Assembly: GCA_000002445.1 (NCBI GenBank)
Contig: CP000071.1
Location: forward strand, 1,536,001-1,600,000
DNA length: 64,000 nt
From: Trypanosoma brucei
Taxonomy: Eukaryota
Reading direction: 5' to 3'
Shown: positions 11,313 to 22,600 of the stretch, piece after piece
Position numbering within the stretch: position 1 is the first letter of the stretch
How the letters are laid out: each line of letters opens with the position of its first letter
Notes under the pieces: model-generated
Told to the model about the DNA's origin: nothing
Database searches by the model: none
Seen by the model: the letters and a program-made list of their open reading frames with translations, nothing else
Program-made: the position numbers and the translations under genes

Positions 11313-12083
11313 ATGCCTGTCTGTGTTCTAGTGCCTCTCCACCAGGCCGATACTCCTGCCGTCACGGAGGAAATGCTTGGGAGCGCTGTGCGTGTCGCCT
11401 TCAATGAATTGCGTATGATTGGCCTGGGATGTATAACATGTTGTTCTGTGTCTTCCGCAAGGCTTCAGCAGGAGGTGCGGCGTCGTTACCCACTGGCTTA
11501 CGACCGTCATATCATGTGTGGGCAATGGGCCGGGAAGTGGCACCATTTTGTGGAGGGAGTGGCAGGGCTACGTTGCTTTTTGTATAGCACAACGGATTAC
11601 GCTGAGGCTGCTCATTTGGCGACACATATTGCCGTATCTGAGTTGCGTTGCTGTTTGCAGGAGGACATCTTTAGCCTCGTGAGGCTTTCAGATGAGGGAG
11701 TGGGTGCTCGACTTCTTTCCGATGTACTCGAACACACAACTCTGAACCACAACTGCTGGCAACTGGCTCTGGAAGCTGTCATCACTTCCCAATTGAATGG
11801 AAGACCCCGCTGGTTGTCCAAAGCAGTAGAGGCACCACACGTCGTGGAGCTCCTCCGACAAATTAATGAACCTCCCTTCCCGGGGCGGAGGCCGGGGAGT
11901 GAGCGACTGAGGCGCTGTGCTGCACACGAGTTGGTGAAACTTCTTTCCGCAAGGTACGAACTCGTACGCCATGTGAGCGGCTCGCAGCTCCGCCGACACG
12001 TAAGTCAATGCCTTTGTACGTGGGGCGCTATTCCTGCTACATTCAATAAGTGGGACGAGGAACGTATTGCGGTTAATGGCTAA
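11313..12083 (+). CDS. Hypothetical protein (256 aa).
   Basis: An ATG-initiated ORF in the same orientation as the rest of the unit, with a pyrimidine tract upstream (about 11030–11110). I recognise no domain. Confidence 0.45.
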   Translation: MPVCVLVPLHQADTPAVTEEMLGSAVRVAFNELRMIGLGCITCCSVSSARLQQEVRRRYPLAYDRHIMCGQWAGKWHHFVEGVAGLRCFLYSTTDYAEAAHLATHIAVSELRCCLQEDIFSLVRLSDEGVGARLLSDVLEHTTLNHNCWQLALEAVITSQLNGRPRWLSKAVEAPHVVELLRQINEPPFPGRRPGSERLRRCAAHELVKLLSARYELVRHVSGSQLRRHVSQCLCTWGAIPATFNKWDEERIAVNG

Positions 12084-12362
12084 TAATAATAATAATTAAA
12101 AGAGGAATAATGTAGCGGTCGTAGTGTCCTGATTACCATGTGACATTAGAGTTGGTACCATAAGATATTTTTTTTCCTTACTTGACGTTGCTGTTTTGTA
12201 GAAGATCGTTGCAAGGGGTATTGTGGTTCTTAAGTTCCTACTCGAGCTTGTGCCTTGAGCTTGGCTTGTTTTCATTGCCTGTTCATAGCTCGTCCATTCA
12301 TGCATGTTCTACATATAAATATGTATCGGTACGCATATTTAAACTGATGATGCCGCCTTTCA

Positions 12363-12377
12363 CCCCCCCCCCCCCCC
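12363..12377. repeat. C15 homopolymer in a 1.6 kb intergenic spacer.
   Basis: 'tttcaCCCCCCCCCCCCCCCata'. G-homopolymers also occur at 35121–35130 (G10) and 43816–43826 (G11). Confidence 0.9.
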
Positions 12378-13690
12378 ATATATCAGCAACGACTTCTCGC
12401 TTGCTCTTGGTTTACTTTTTTAAAGCAGTTCATTCCCTTTCCAACTTCTTTTTTTTAGTTAATATTGTCATTGCTTCTGCCCACGCCCCCACGGGGGCTG
12501 AGCCTTACTGTGTTTCATTTATTTACTTTTTTACAGCCCGTTGCTGACGGGTGCCACAATTTTTGTATATATATATATATTTTTTTTTGAAATTACTCCT
12601 CTTCACTTGTTATATCATCACATCACTTATTGAGCACCAAGCCTTCTGGTGGTAGTGCTTTGTTTCTTTTTGCCTTTAATAAAAAGAAGGGTTTGATTTA
12701 AAAAAAAACAACAACAAAAGAATTAGTTTGATTTAACACGCGTTTTTATTGTTCTCGGGTATTTGTTTATTGTTTATTTTAAACAGGCTCTAGAAACACC
12801 TTGCTGATTAATTTGTTCGTATCACCCGTCTGTCCTTTACAGCCGCGGCTGTTAGCACAACAGGGATGCGTGAACACATACCCAAAACTGCAATTTTTTT
12901 AATAAAATATATTCATTCGTATCGACCTCAATCACCACCATCGATGCAACCGTAGCAACACTTTATTTTGTGCTGTTTTAAACGTGTGTTAGATGTGTGT
13001 GTGTGTGTTTATTATTATTCACTTGGCTTGTTTCCTCACTTTGTTTTAATACCGGAGAGAAAATAGATCACTTTACTTCCTCCGCGGTCTCTCAGGATCA
13101 CTTTACCCCTTTTTATTATCTTCTTTATTTACTTTTTTTTTTTTTTAAAAAAATATATTTTGTATTTAATATATGCGGGATGTCGTAGATTCGTGAATGG
13201 ACATTGAGTACAGCTGCTGATAAGAGCATTTGTTGTTGGTGCTGCTGAATTTCGGCAACCTCATTTCAGTACAACCCTCATAACTATCACTATTTTTGCT
13301 ACCCGTAGGTGTTTTGTCACATGTTTACCCACCACACACTCTACAGTTTTCTTCTGTTTTCTTTCTTTTTCTTTTATCTGTTCTACACCTCTTCAACTGA
13401 AACTTCGCGTACACATCTTCACACGCATGTTTCCACCCAGCGGGTGCCTCCCGGCGAAAGAAAAAAAAGGAAGGAAAAAAGAAAAGCTGCATCAAAAACA
13501 ACTCTCGAGAGTTATCGTTGTTTTCGCTATCGTTCGTCACAAAAAAGTAAATAAACGAAACGGCCTTTCCGGAAGGTTTTCACCTCAGTAGCGAGTGAAA
13601 GGAGGAGAGGAGGATACAATTAAAGAGAGATTAAAAAAAAAAACAGGGAAGGGAGACGAATTGAAGGAAAAGGCTCAAACGAGGGGAGCA

Positions 13691-16600
13691 ATGATGCGCC
13701 GAGTGGCTTCGACTGGAAGCAATGGGGGACATTGTTACGTTGGTTCGTCCTTGTGGGCAGACAGTGTGTATATGGAGGTTTCCTCCATAACTTTACAGAA
13801 GCGTTTCTCCTTCAAGTATGCAACAAAGCTTCAGCACGACGAAATGCGGCAGCCGTATTACATCCATGAAAAACGCTACGGCATCTTTAGTAACGAAAGA
13901 AACATAGCCAAAGCGAGGCGCGGTCTTCCCTTCATCACTCCCCTCTACACGAAGCATATGAATCTTTGGGATACCGACACAGACGCTAGCAACAATCGTT
14001 TCTTCAGAGGCTATTATTATGGCCAGCGGGAGCTGCACCAGTTACTTGGGCGACCCCACAGTCTCGAAGCAACGAACGCTGATGGCAGCAACGACTTGTC
14101 CACGTACGAGGCCAACACAAGCCAATTATACAAGGGCATACCGCGACCTGCTATAACGAATCTACACTATGAGCCCGCGTGGCGCTATACATTATACCAA
14201 GCAGGTGCGCACGGAGCGCAGCTCTCCAACCCACGTAGTCCCTTCACCGCCAAAGTGCTTGGTGACGAATTGATGCAAGTGCGCGACATCAAGAGCGTAG
14301 AGCATTGCAAAGCTTGGTTTGATCGTTTGCAGTACCTCATCAACTTACACTATGAGGCGGTAGGTGACATTGGAGAGTTCAAGTCTCGTCACACCCGACA
14401 CGTGCACGAGTTCTTCGTTGCCTTTCACGATGCACTGAGCAGCCTTGACTTTCGTGATACGTACCTATTCGACCAGTTCAAGGCGGTCCGCCCTCCGGAG
14501 TTATCGGATCTATTTGGCATCTTCCTTGAGATGGAAGCCAACTACGTTCATGAAGACTATTGCCCCCGGTGCAGTCTACCGTACAGCACTACCCGTTACT
14601 GTGGTGAAGGGGATGTGGATACGCCGTTCAGAAAGCACCGTGGGCGATGGGCCCCTCATCAAAAATGGGGACGTGAGTGGTATGACGTTGTGGCACGTCG
14701 TGCAGAGGCCTTATGGTACCGTGCAACGGAGGACCCATACTTTGGGACACCGCAGCATACCCAGCGACAGGCGGAGGCACTGCTGAAGGTGTATGTACAG
14801 GCGAAGCAACGGGGAAAGGCAATTGATTTTATGAATAAGCTACGGGGAAGTGTAGAGTACCTGACAGGGGACATAACCATCACAACAGTCATGCAAGAGT
14901 CCTATGACGCGCTGCTCGACACAACACCTCATCCACACCTTTTAACAAACGGCTTCACACTGGAGAGTGATGCGGCGAAGTACACTGGAGAAGTGAACAA
15001 GGCGCCGCTTTCTCCGTTGCAATTTCGTATCGACATGGAAATGAACAAGTACCGCAGACAGCAAAAAGAAGAAGGTGTTGTTCGTGTTCCACCCGCCTTG
15101 TGGCGTCTGGATACATCTGCAATTGTACCATACAAGGTTGATTCCAAGACAAGACGCATCGTTAACTGGCGTGAGGTAAAGGAGGGCATCGAAAAATCAT
15201 TCCTCTCCGTGGGGCTGCCGAAGGAGGCGTATACTGGCAACGAGTGGCGCGAGATGTTGTACTTGCATGATGTTATTGCTAACCGAGAGGCCAAGGCGGC
15301 GGTGTTGGAGCAGCAGCAGAAGCTTGACCGCGAGAAATTGAAAGCCCGAGAAAGAGCTTCATTGAAGGGTGAGAAAAGCAGCAACAGTGCCAGCAATGGC
15401 ATTGGCATTATATTCCCCGATAAAGATGGCTATCAGGTTTTCTTCGTAGACGAGGCATCCCTTCGACCTTTTGGTATTGGGGCCTCCGGAACACTGTTCA
15501 AAGCCGTTGCCCGCGTGTACCCCTCGCCCGCGGCGGTGCCGTACGACGATCCAGTCCATGGAAAGCAGTTTCTGATTGACACAACAGATGAAACATGCCA
15601 CCTTTTTGGCGGCTTTGAACATGGTGATCGATTACTACTACGTGCTAAGAGTAGTGGAGGTGATGTTGATGGTGGTAACAATAGCAATTGTAGGAATACC
15701 GGTAGCTTTACCGACGAGGAAGAGGAGGTAATAGTGATGGGTGTTAGCACAGAAGGCAGCGATGCGGAACGAATGTTGTGCGCCATGCACGTGGATACTG
15801 GGAAGCAGCGGGAGCGTGGGATTGTTTTCCTTGGAACCGACTGCATTGACATACGCGAGCGATGGGAGTCGGTTCGCTATGCCGCATCTGCGTATGTGAA
15901 GGGGCGTGTGACGTTGTTGGAATCGCAGCGAACAGCGCGAGAAGAATTTATGGGACAGGTGGTTGGTATTCGCGACGGTGTGTTGTTTGTGCAGTGGCGG
16001 CTTCTGAAAGGTGGCGGGAGCGTTCTTGATCGCAGTGTTGCGGTACCTATTGGGGACTCAACTCAAGTGCGTGAACTGTTTGTTGAGACAAAGGTGCTTG
16101 GTGTTGAACCGTTGCAGTCGCCACCCTCGTGGCGAACACCATTTCGGAATGACTTTGCGGAAGAGCGTCTTAAGGAGTTGCAGCGGGCGCCCTTCAAGAG
16201 GGAAAAATATGTCTCTCTAATTCAGGGTAAGTACACACCGAAGGTTAAGAAGTTTGGCTACACTCAGCACACAACTGTGGATGACTTCGAAACGAAGGAG
16301 TATAAAGACCGACTGCTCTCGAAGCAGTTCTTCCAAAACCCACAGGCTTTTGAGGTAGTCCCTGACCGGAACGAGCGCAGTGTGCAGTTTGGTGGTAAAT
16401 GGGAATATCAACGAACGCATGGCCTTCCAACTGTCGATCGAAACGAACTGGAAAACGGGTGGAGCGAGGTAGAACCAATTAGCGACGGCGAGATGAAAGT
16501 GATTGAGCAAGCGCTACGCGACATCAGTGGTCCCCGTCCTGGAAACTTTGTTAAACCGCCTAGCAAAACAAAATCACTTCAGTTGAGCGAAAGTTGGTGG

Positions 16601-19057
16601 GAACCACTTGGGTACGGTTGGGAACAACACAATGAGGAACAGAAAGCGTTGTGCGATGTAACTGAGCAGCGGCTTATTGACGGTTCAAATCTACCATTCG
16701 GGGGGAAATTGCCACCGTTTGGGACTTCATACGGTATGGGTGAACGTATGCGCGCAATCATTGAGGATTACTCGAAGGGATTCGGACTAGGGCCGCACGG
16801 ACACTCGCCGACTCACGACACAATACATTACAACACATTAAATGCTGAAGGTGAGCGTGTGCGTGATTTGGGTTACACTGATGCACTTGGACGTCTTTTC
16901 AGCGAGAAACTTGGGGACAGGGACGTGCACCAGTGGGCTGTGGAATCATGTGCCGATGGCGAAGCGGATGTGAGGCAGCTCCTACTCTCGTTGCACGAAT
17001 GGCGCGAGCGTGGTAGGCCGCCGTCGCTGTTACTGGCTAATGTACTGTCAAAGTATCTTGAGGAAGAGATTGCTGCGTTTAACAAGGGCATTCCTGAAAA
17101 TGCACCCAAGCTTCAACTTGAGACATCGGATGGTACGTTAGCCCACAGCGGAAGCGGTGGGTCGCGAAGTGGAACGATGTGGGCGGATGTTGATCCAACA
17201 ACTTTTGCTTTGCATCAGGCCAGTCAAAGCATCCGCAGCACTAGATGTGATGAACCCTTTATCCTTCACCTTGTGAAGCGTGCGAAGTTGGGCGAATGCG
17301 TCACGAACTTCACAGATACTGCGTACATCGCCCACCTCGAAAGTTCTGTTATCAATGAATTCCACTTGGCCCTGACGAAGCTAGTTGGGAAGGGCATATC
17401 CCCGACCTTGCTTGCGCAGAAAACTGGGCAGTTACACCGTGGTTCGGTGCGAGTGGGTGGAAATGTAGTCCCGTTTGTGAAAAGCCGGGAGTTGTCAAGA
17501 CTCCTGGAGCGTATGGGGCTCACATCGGAGAGCATTGCTGTTATCACGCGCGGGCTTGCCAATTGCCCGGAGCAAGAGTCTGTTGGCGATGACTTCGCAG
17601 TGCCCGTATCGCTGATCCTTTCATGGGACGGTCCCGGGAGCAGCGGTGGCAGTGGCAGTGGTGACCGCCGTCTCAACACCACCGCCGTCCGCAACGAACA
17701 GCAACGTAAGGGTTCTGCGGCTCTTTCTAGTGCCATACGGCAGCTCAGCCAACATCAGAAGCAGCGTGGTAGTGCTTCAGGCAGAGGCTGGCAAAACGAG
17801 GACAAAATGGTTGTTCACGTTCTGGAGGAACTGTCGTTACGAAATGATGGCCTAGTGATGGACATCCAATATGCAATTCGTGAAAACAAGAAAAATCGTC
17901 GCCTACGGTGGGAGTTCGTTACCACACTTCTTCCTGTTTTTGGTGGTAACGAAGCTAAAGTGGAGCAGCTGTACAGTGATTACTGCGACGGGAAGTATGT
18001 GCCCAACATTACGGTAGCTGTAGAAGCTTTCATTGCCTTTCTGCACAACGCTACGCAGCACCCGGAGACGTATTCAGCTTCAGACTACTTCGACATTGAT
18101 GACGGTAAGAGTTCAACTGCTAGCGGCACCGGTGACCAACCCTCTGCTGGACAGTACACCACCCTGAAGCTACTCGATCCGTTGGAGGGTCCATTCGTTT
18201 TTGACAACGTAAAGGTGGAATATATCCAGACTGTGGAGCGATTTAGGCGCCATGGGATTCGGGCTGGCCCAGTTATGGCACCCGCAACCGGATTTATTGC
18301 GGCCAACTGCAAGTCGTTGAACTACTTTACTCGGCGGCAGGAGGAGGTGGTATACGTCACAAATGATTCCGATCAGGGATTGCGGCGGTCGCTAGAAAAC
18401 AGTGCGTATCACAAGACGATAGCGGCCAACCCCGCGTTGCAGTATTTGCTCAAAGCTCGGCGCGGAGCAGCCTTGGTTGAGACGTTTAACCGATTCTTCT
18501 ACCGGACAATGCCTATGCTTAACTTTTACCAGAACGTGCTTAAACACTACTCAGAAACAATTCAACCGCTCCGACAGGCAGCGAAGAGCAGTACACGCGG
18601 TTTGGCGCGGGCACTGGAAAGTGAGCGGTCCGCTGCAATGGAGGAGTTTCGTCGGAACAGCGAGCGATACTGGAGGAATATTATTGAGGGTCGTAGTGTG
18701 GAGCAGGTCGTGCTGGCAAACGGTGAGTCAAATAGGCGGACCGTCGGTGGTGGTGCCGGTGAGCAACTGCAGAAACCGCAGGGCAACCATGATGCCGTAA
18801 GAACGAACTTTACTGGCGAAGCGACAGATGGAAGCAGGAAGGGGCAGAGACAACATCAGCAACCACCGTTGTCGCAACAACAGCAGCATTCCCGTGGCGA
18901 GGGGGAGCGAAGTGCCGTTCATACTTCTCCCCGACAAGGTGGGTCCCGGGGTATGGCGGATTTGCTGTCCAGACTGAATACACCCAAAACGGGATCAGGT
19001 GTAAAGGGGAGCACTGCAAAAAATACCGGTAACAATAGACGTGGACCAAAATCCTGA
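13691..19057 (+). CDS. Very large hypothetical protein of about 1788 aa. The track ORF starts at a GTG at 13595; the first ATG is at 13691 ('MMRRVASTG...').
   Basis: A continuous 5.4 kb ORF. Positions 13595–13690 are purine-rich and read like a 5' UTR, not coding sequence. There are no recognisable catalytic motifs. Acidic and Ser/Gly-rich low-complexity stretches lie toward the C-terminus. Confidence 0.6.
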   Translation: MMRRVASTGSNGGHCYVGSSLWADSVYMEVSSITLQKRFSFKYATKLQHDEMRQPYYIHEKRYGIFSNERNIAKARRGLPFITPLYTKHMNLWDTDTDASNNRFFRGYYYGQRELHQLLGRPHSLEATNADGSNDLSTYEANTSQLYKGIPRPAITNLHYEPAWRYTLYQAGAHGAQLSNPRSPFTAKVLGDELMQVRDIKSVEHCKAWFDRLQYLINLHYEAVGDIGEFKSRHTRHVHEFFVAFHDALSSLDFRDTYLFDQFKAVRPPELSDLFGIFLEMEANYVHEDYCPRCSLPYSTTRYCGEGDVDTPFRKHRGRWAPHQKWGREWYDVVARRAEALWYRATEDPYFGTPQHTQRQAEALLKVYVQAKQRGKAIDFMNKLRGSVEYLTGDITITTVMQESYDALLDTTPHPHLLTNGFTLESDAAKYTGEVNKAPLSPLQFRIDMEMNKYRRQQKEEGVVRVPPALWRLDTSAIVPYKVDSKTRRIVNWREVKEGIEKSFLSVGLPKEAYTGNEWREMLYLHDVIANREAKAAVLEQQQKLDREKLKARERASLKGEKSSNSASNGIGIIFPDKDGYQVFFVDEASLRPFGIGASGTLFKAVARVYPSPAAVPYDDPVHGKQFLIDTTDETCHLFGGFEHGDRLLLRAKSSGGDVDGGNNSNCRNTGSFTDEEEEVIVMGVSTEGSDAERMLCAMHVDTGKQRERGIVFLGTDCIDIRERWESVRYAASAYVKGRVTLLESQRTAREEFMGQVVGIRDGVLFVQWRLLKGGGSVLDRSVAVPIGDSTQVRELFVETKVLGVEPLQSPPSWRTPFRNDFAEERLKELQRAPFKREKYVSLIQGKYTPKVKKFGYTQHTTVDDFETKEYKDRLLSKQFFQNPQAFEVVPDRNERSVQFGGKWEYQRTHGLPTVDRNELENGWSEVEPISDGEMKVIEQALRDISGPRPGNFVKPPSKTKSLQLSESWWEPLGYGWEQHNEEQKALCDVTEQRLIDGSNLPFGGKLPPFGTSYGMGERMRAIIEDYSKGFGLGPHGHSPTHDTIHYNTLNAEGERVRDLGYTDALGRLFSEKLGDRDVHQWAVESCADGEADVRQLLLSLHEWRERGRPPSLLLANVLSKYLEEEIAAFNKGIPENAPKLQLETSDGTLAHSGSGGSRSGTMWADVDPTTFALHQASQSIRSTRCDEPFILHLVKRAKLGECVTNFTDTAYIAHLESSVINEFHLALTKLVGKGISPTLLAQKTGQLHRGSVRVGGNVVPFVKSRELSRLLERMGLTSESIAVITRGLANCPEQESVGDDFAVPVSLILSWDGPGSSGGSGSGDRRLNTTAVRNEQQRKGSAALSSAIRQLSQHQKQRGSASGRGWQNEDKMVVHVLEELSLRNDGLVMDIQYAIRENKKNRRLRWEFVTTLLPVFGGNEAKVEQLYSDYCDGKYVPNITVAVEAFIAFLHNATQHPETYSASDYFDIDDGKSSTASGTGDQPSAGQYTTLKLLDPLEGPFVFDNVKVEYIQTVERFRRHGIRAGPVMAPATGFIAANCKSLNYFTRRQEEVVYVTNDSDQGLRRSLENSAYHKTIAANPALQYLLKARRGAALVETFNRFFYRTMPMLNFYQNVLKHYSETIQPLRQAAKSSTRGLARALESERSAAMEEFRRNSERYWRNIIEGRSVEQVVLANGESNRRTVGGGAGEQLQKPQGNHDAVRTNFTGEATDGSRKGQRQHQQPPLSQQQQHSRGEGERSAVHTSPRQGGSRGMADLLSRLNTPKTGSGVKGSTAKNTGNNRRGPKS

Positions 19058-19688
19058 GGCGAGTGAGGATCCAATGGAATTTGAGTGTGTGGGGACTGGA
19101 AAGGTTTTCGGGGAGTGGAGTTAACGAGGTTGTTTTTGACGTGGCGATGCAATGGTCGTGGAAAGGGGGAAACGGAAAGTTCGCATCGACGGGTTGCTCG
19201 TAGTGATCGGCACTCATCTTGGGTTGGCGTGGTATTTTCCCCTACTGTGCCGAAGGTGGAAGGGCAAAGAGTTGGCAGGCGATACGGAAAGATATGGCGC
19301 ATCCACGTCTTTGTTGTTTTAACTCCCTGTTCCGACCTGCTGCTGCCGGGGTGTGGCATGCGCCTCTTTGTTTTCTGTTGGATTTGCACTACCGAGACTT
19401 AGAGGAATTACAGCAACCACGACGCACTTAGTGAGTCCTTCCCTCACATTTTTTTCCTTTTCCTTCATTCAGTTGTTGGGAAATGAGATTAAGTACATCC
19501 ACTCATGGAACACACTTCATCTGTTCTGTCCATACTCCGAAACTTTCTTTTTCATTTCTACACTTTTTTATCGGCAGGCCGTTGTTACTTTATTTTCTCC
19601 ATGGAAAGTTAGTTTTGGCCAGATATTTATTATTTTGTTTTGAAGAAAGCCCGATCTCCTCCGTACAACCTGAAGGTTTCTGTGCTTG

Positions 19689-22600
19689 ATGCCCTTGTCT
19701 GGGGGCTCCAACCAATGCAGCAACTACACTGACAGAAATAATGGTAGTGATGGTGTTAGTGGTGAGGGTGTTGGTATTGACGGAGGATCAGATGTGGGAA
19801 TAGAAGTGGACGTTTCCGCGTGGCTGGTGAACATGCCGCAGTTGGGTGATTTGTGGCCTCGGGTCGAAGAATATCTCACTCAGTCGGCAGCGAAAATTCG
19901 GAATAGTGGTGCTTACACGAAGGACCCACTAAAAGGTATCAGACATCGTATGAGCTGGTATGCTGTCATATACTACGCTTGTGCTGGTCATCCGCAGAGG
20001 TTCTGTGAAATCTATCAGTACTTGGCTTTGTTTCTACTCAACGATTTGGAGACGAATGCCCTCCCACCCGTTTTATCAGCGGTTGCCACATATGCGGACA
20101 CTAATCCTGAATTTGACGTGGTCGCGAGAAGGGAAGGTTTTGAACCCCCATTGCGTCCGAATAGGAGTTTGTTGCAGGAGTTTGTTCATCAGTTTAGGTT
20201 GTTTATGTTATTCCGTCGTGTCGTCCTGTCATGCTTCGGATACCTTGACCAGTGGTACACGGAGAAGTTCCATCTCGATCCTGTTTCTGATCTCTGCGTG
20301 AAAATGTTTTATGTTGTTGTTTATGAAAGGGTCAGAGACGAGCTGGCGAGTGAGATTGTACATTCAGCCAATCAAGCAAGGGGATTAAGCGACGGGCCAA
20401 GCGATGACGACCCGTCAAACGCGTGTTTAGATGTTCAAGTAGCTCTTGCAGTTGTGTCCGAGATCGTATCGACTGTGAGGGCGTCTTCTACCAACACCGA
20501 GGCAGGTGTGGTGCACTGCGGACCACTTGGCAAGGAGGGTTCAAACCCCAGTATTGATGGGGGAAGGAGTGATGACGTTGAAGTTGAAGCTGGTACTTCA
20601 GCACCCTGCCAAACGGGAACATCGCCATGGGAACTCGTGCCGGACCGTATCCCGTTGCTGCGTGAGAAACTTGAAAGTGGTTCCCTTATGGAATTCCTGA
20701 AGAGCTTGTCGTCGTCAACAGGGGGTAACCAGTGTGGCGGCGCGAAGGTTGATGGTCCGTCTGCAGCGAGGCCATCAGGTGCAGCTTGCGGAGCACTACT
20801 TGGAGGCGCGCATCCGGCACGTTCTTTTATAGTAAGTCTTGTCCAACCACTACATACGCTTCTTCTCGATCAATTCGGCACACGCTATGTGCGTGCTGCC
20901 GAAGCGTACTACCGGAAGGAGCGCAGTGTGCATCTCGCCACCAGGGAGGGCAGAAGTGGTTATGTGACGTGGGTGCGCTCCTGCTACAGATTGGAGCAGT
21001 TATTAGTGAAAGATATGCGTGCACCGTTCTTTCACGACCTGCTACGTGCGCGTCTACACCGTGTATTGTTGCTGGAAGTGCACAGCGAAATTATCCTCGA
21101 CGACGAGTTTGGTTTTCGGGCGCTGTTGGATGCATGGAGCGCACAAACAAGTCCGCATTTCGGTGCTCTACGAAAAGACTTCCTGAAACCGGTGGTAGTA
21201 TCGTCCCCGTCATCGTCACTCGAAGAGACCGTCCACGAAATTATGGATAGGTGTGATTGTGCTTCTTCATTGCAACACATTGGAAAGGCCGCTGGGTCGA
21301 TGCAACCGATGCGTGAAGGGCTTGCATCCGCTTTGGGACTGCTTGTCACAACCTTTGCCGACACACAGAGTGAAATATGCATTGCACTGCTGCGCCATGA
21401 ACTCGCCAATAAGGTGGTGATGGATTCTGTGCCCCTTTTGGCCACATACTTTGTGATGGAGGAGAAACACCATTTAGGACACATCCACCCAAAGGGGCGA
21501 CAAACTAATGACGTGGAACCCGCGTTTTTGCGAGATATGGCGAAACTAGTCGTGGGCGGCCTTGTTGACATGGTGGCACAGTACGGTAGCCTTGTACAGG
21601 TGCAGTTCCATTCCCTTTCATCAATGCTCGTCGCTGTGCGTGATGCACTTCGTGAAGTCCTCAATCCACATCGGTGGGAGCGGCATACCGTCGACACACG
21701 GTCGGGGGTAAACGTCAACAGTGGTAAATTTAGTGACATGCTCCTCTTAGACGCGGAGCGACAACAGCCTCCTCAGATCCACGGTTACGAACCCACGAGG
21801 GGTGCACGTGCAGCCCTCCGCAAACTGGCCGCTATGCGGGATGGGCGTTCGATACCGATGTCGCGGCTGGTTGCGGTTTACTGTGACGTTTTGGTTTCAC
21901 AAAGCGGAACCCGCGGTGTTGCTGTTACCGCGGACAAAGAAACTGAAATTGGGGGGAAATGCGTGTCGCTGCCGGAAGGGAGTGATAGTACGAGTGATAT
22001 AGATAGTGTAACAGCCCTTGCCGCACTCCTTGATGACAAAGACGTGTTTCTTGAGGAATACAAACAACTATTAGCGCGCCGTTTGATAATCTTGTCGTCT
22101 TCATTGTCACTTTCTCCCTCAGCACTTCCCACAGAGCTGTGTACGAAACCTAATGCAGAGTACGAACACGCTATGATTCGTGAACTGCGAAGAACCTTTG
22201 GGCGGACTTCAACCCTAACCCTGAAGATGATGTTGCACGACTACACCCTAAGCTGCGCCATGGGGAGTGCATTTCGTCAAACCCCTTCTGCACAGCAACT
22301 GAAATCCGGGATAAATGTTCAAGTGATCACCGGTGCGCGGTGGCCAACATACAGCACCGTGCCTCTCTTACCTTGCACTTCACTCGCAGCAGCCATATCA
22401 ACATTCAGCACATACTACGCTGCGGCACATCCATTACGAACGCTCTCCTGGATACACTCGCAGGGCACCGCTAACCTTGAGGCCTTGTTTCCAAATGGTT
22501 CGAAGGAAATTGTAGCAGATACGATACAGTCGAATATCCTTATTCTGTTGAGTGATGCATACAATACCGTGCGACGCAACCGTGACAGTGAGAGTCGGAG

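Noticed and set aside
21032-21739. 235-aa antisense ORF inside the cullin gene. Similar antisense ORFs occur at 40325–41062 (245 aa, opposite the WW repeats), 42124–42735, 24610–25167 and 15433–15852
   Set aside because: They lie fully within and opposite to much longer, domain-bearing ORFs. They have R/S/C-rich nonsense-like composition typical of antisense frames of GC-rich coding DNA.
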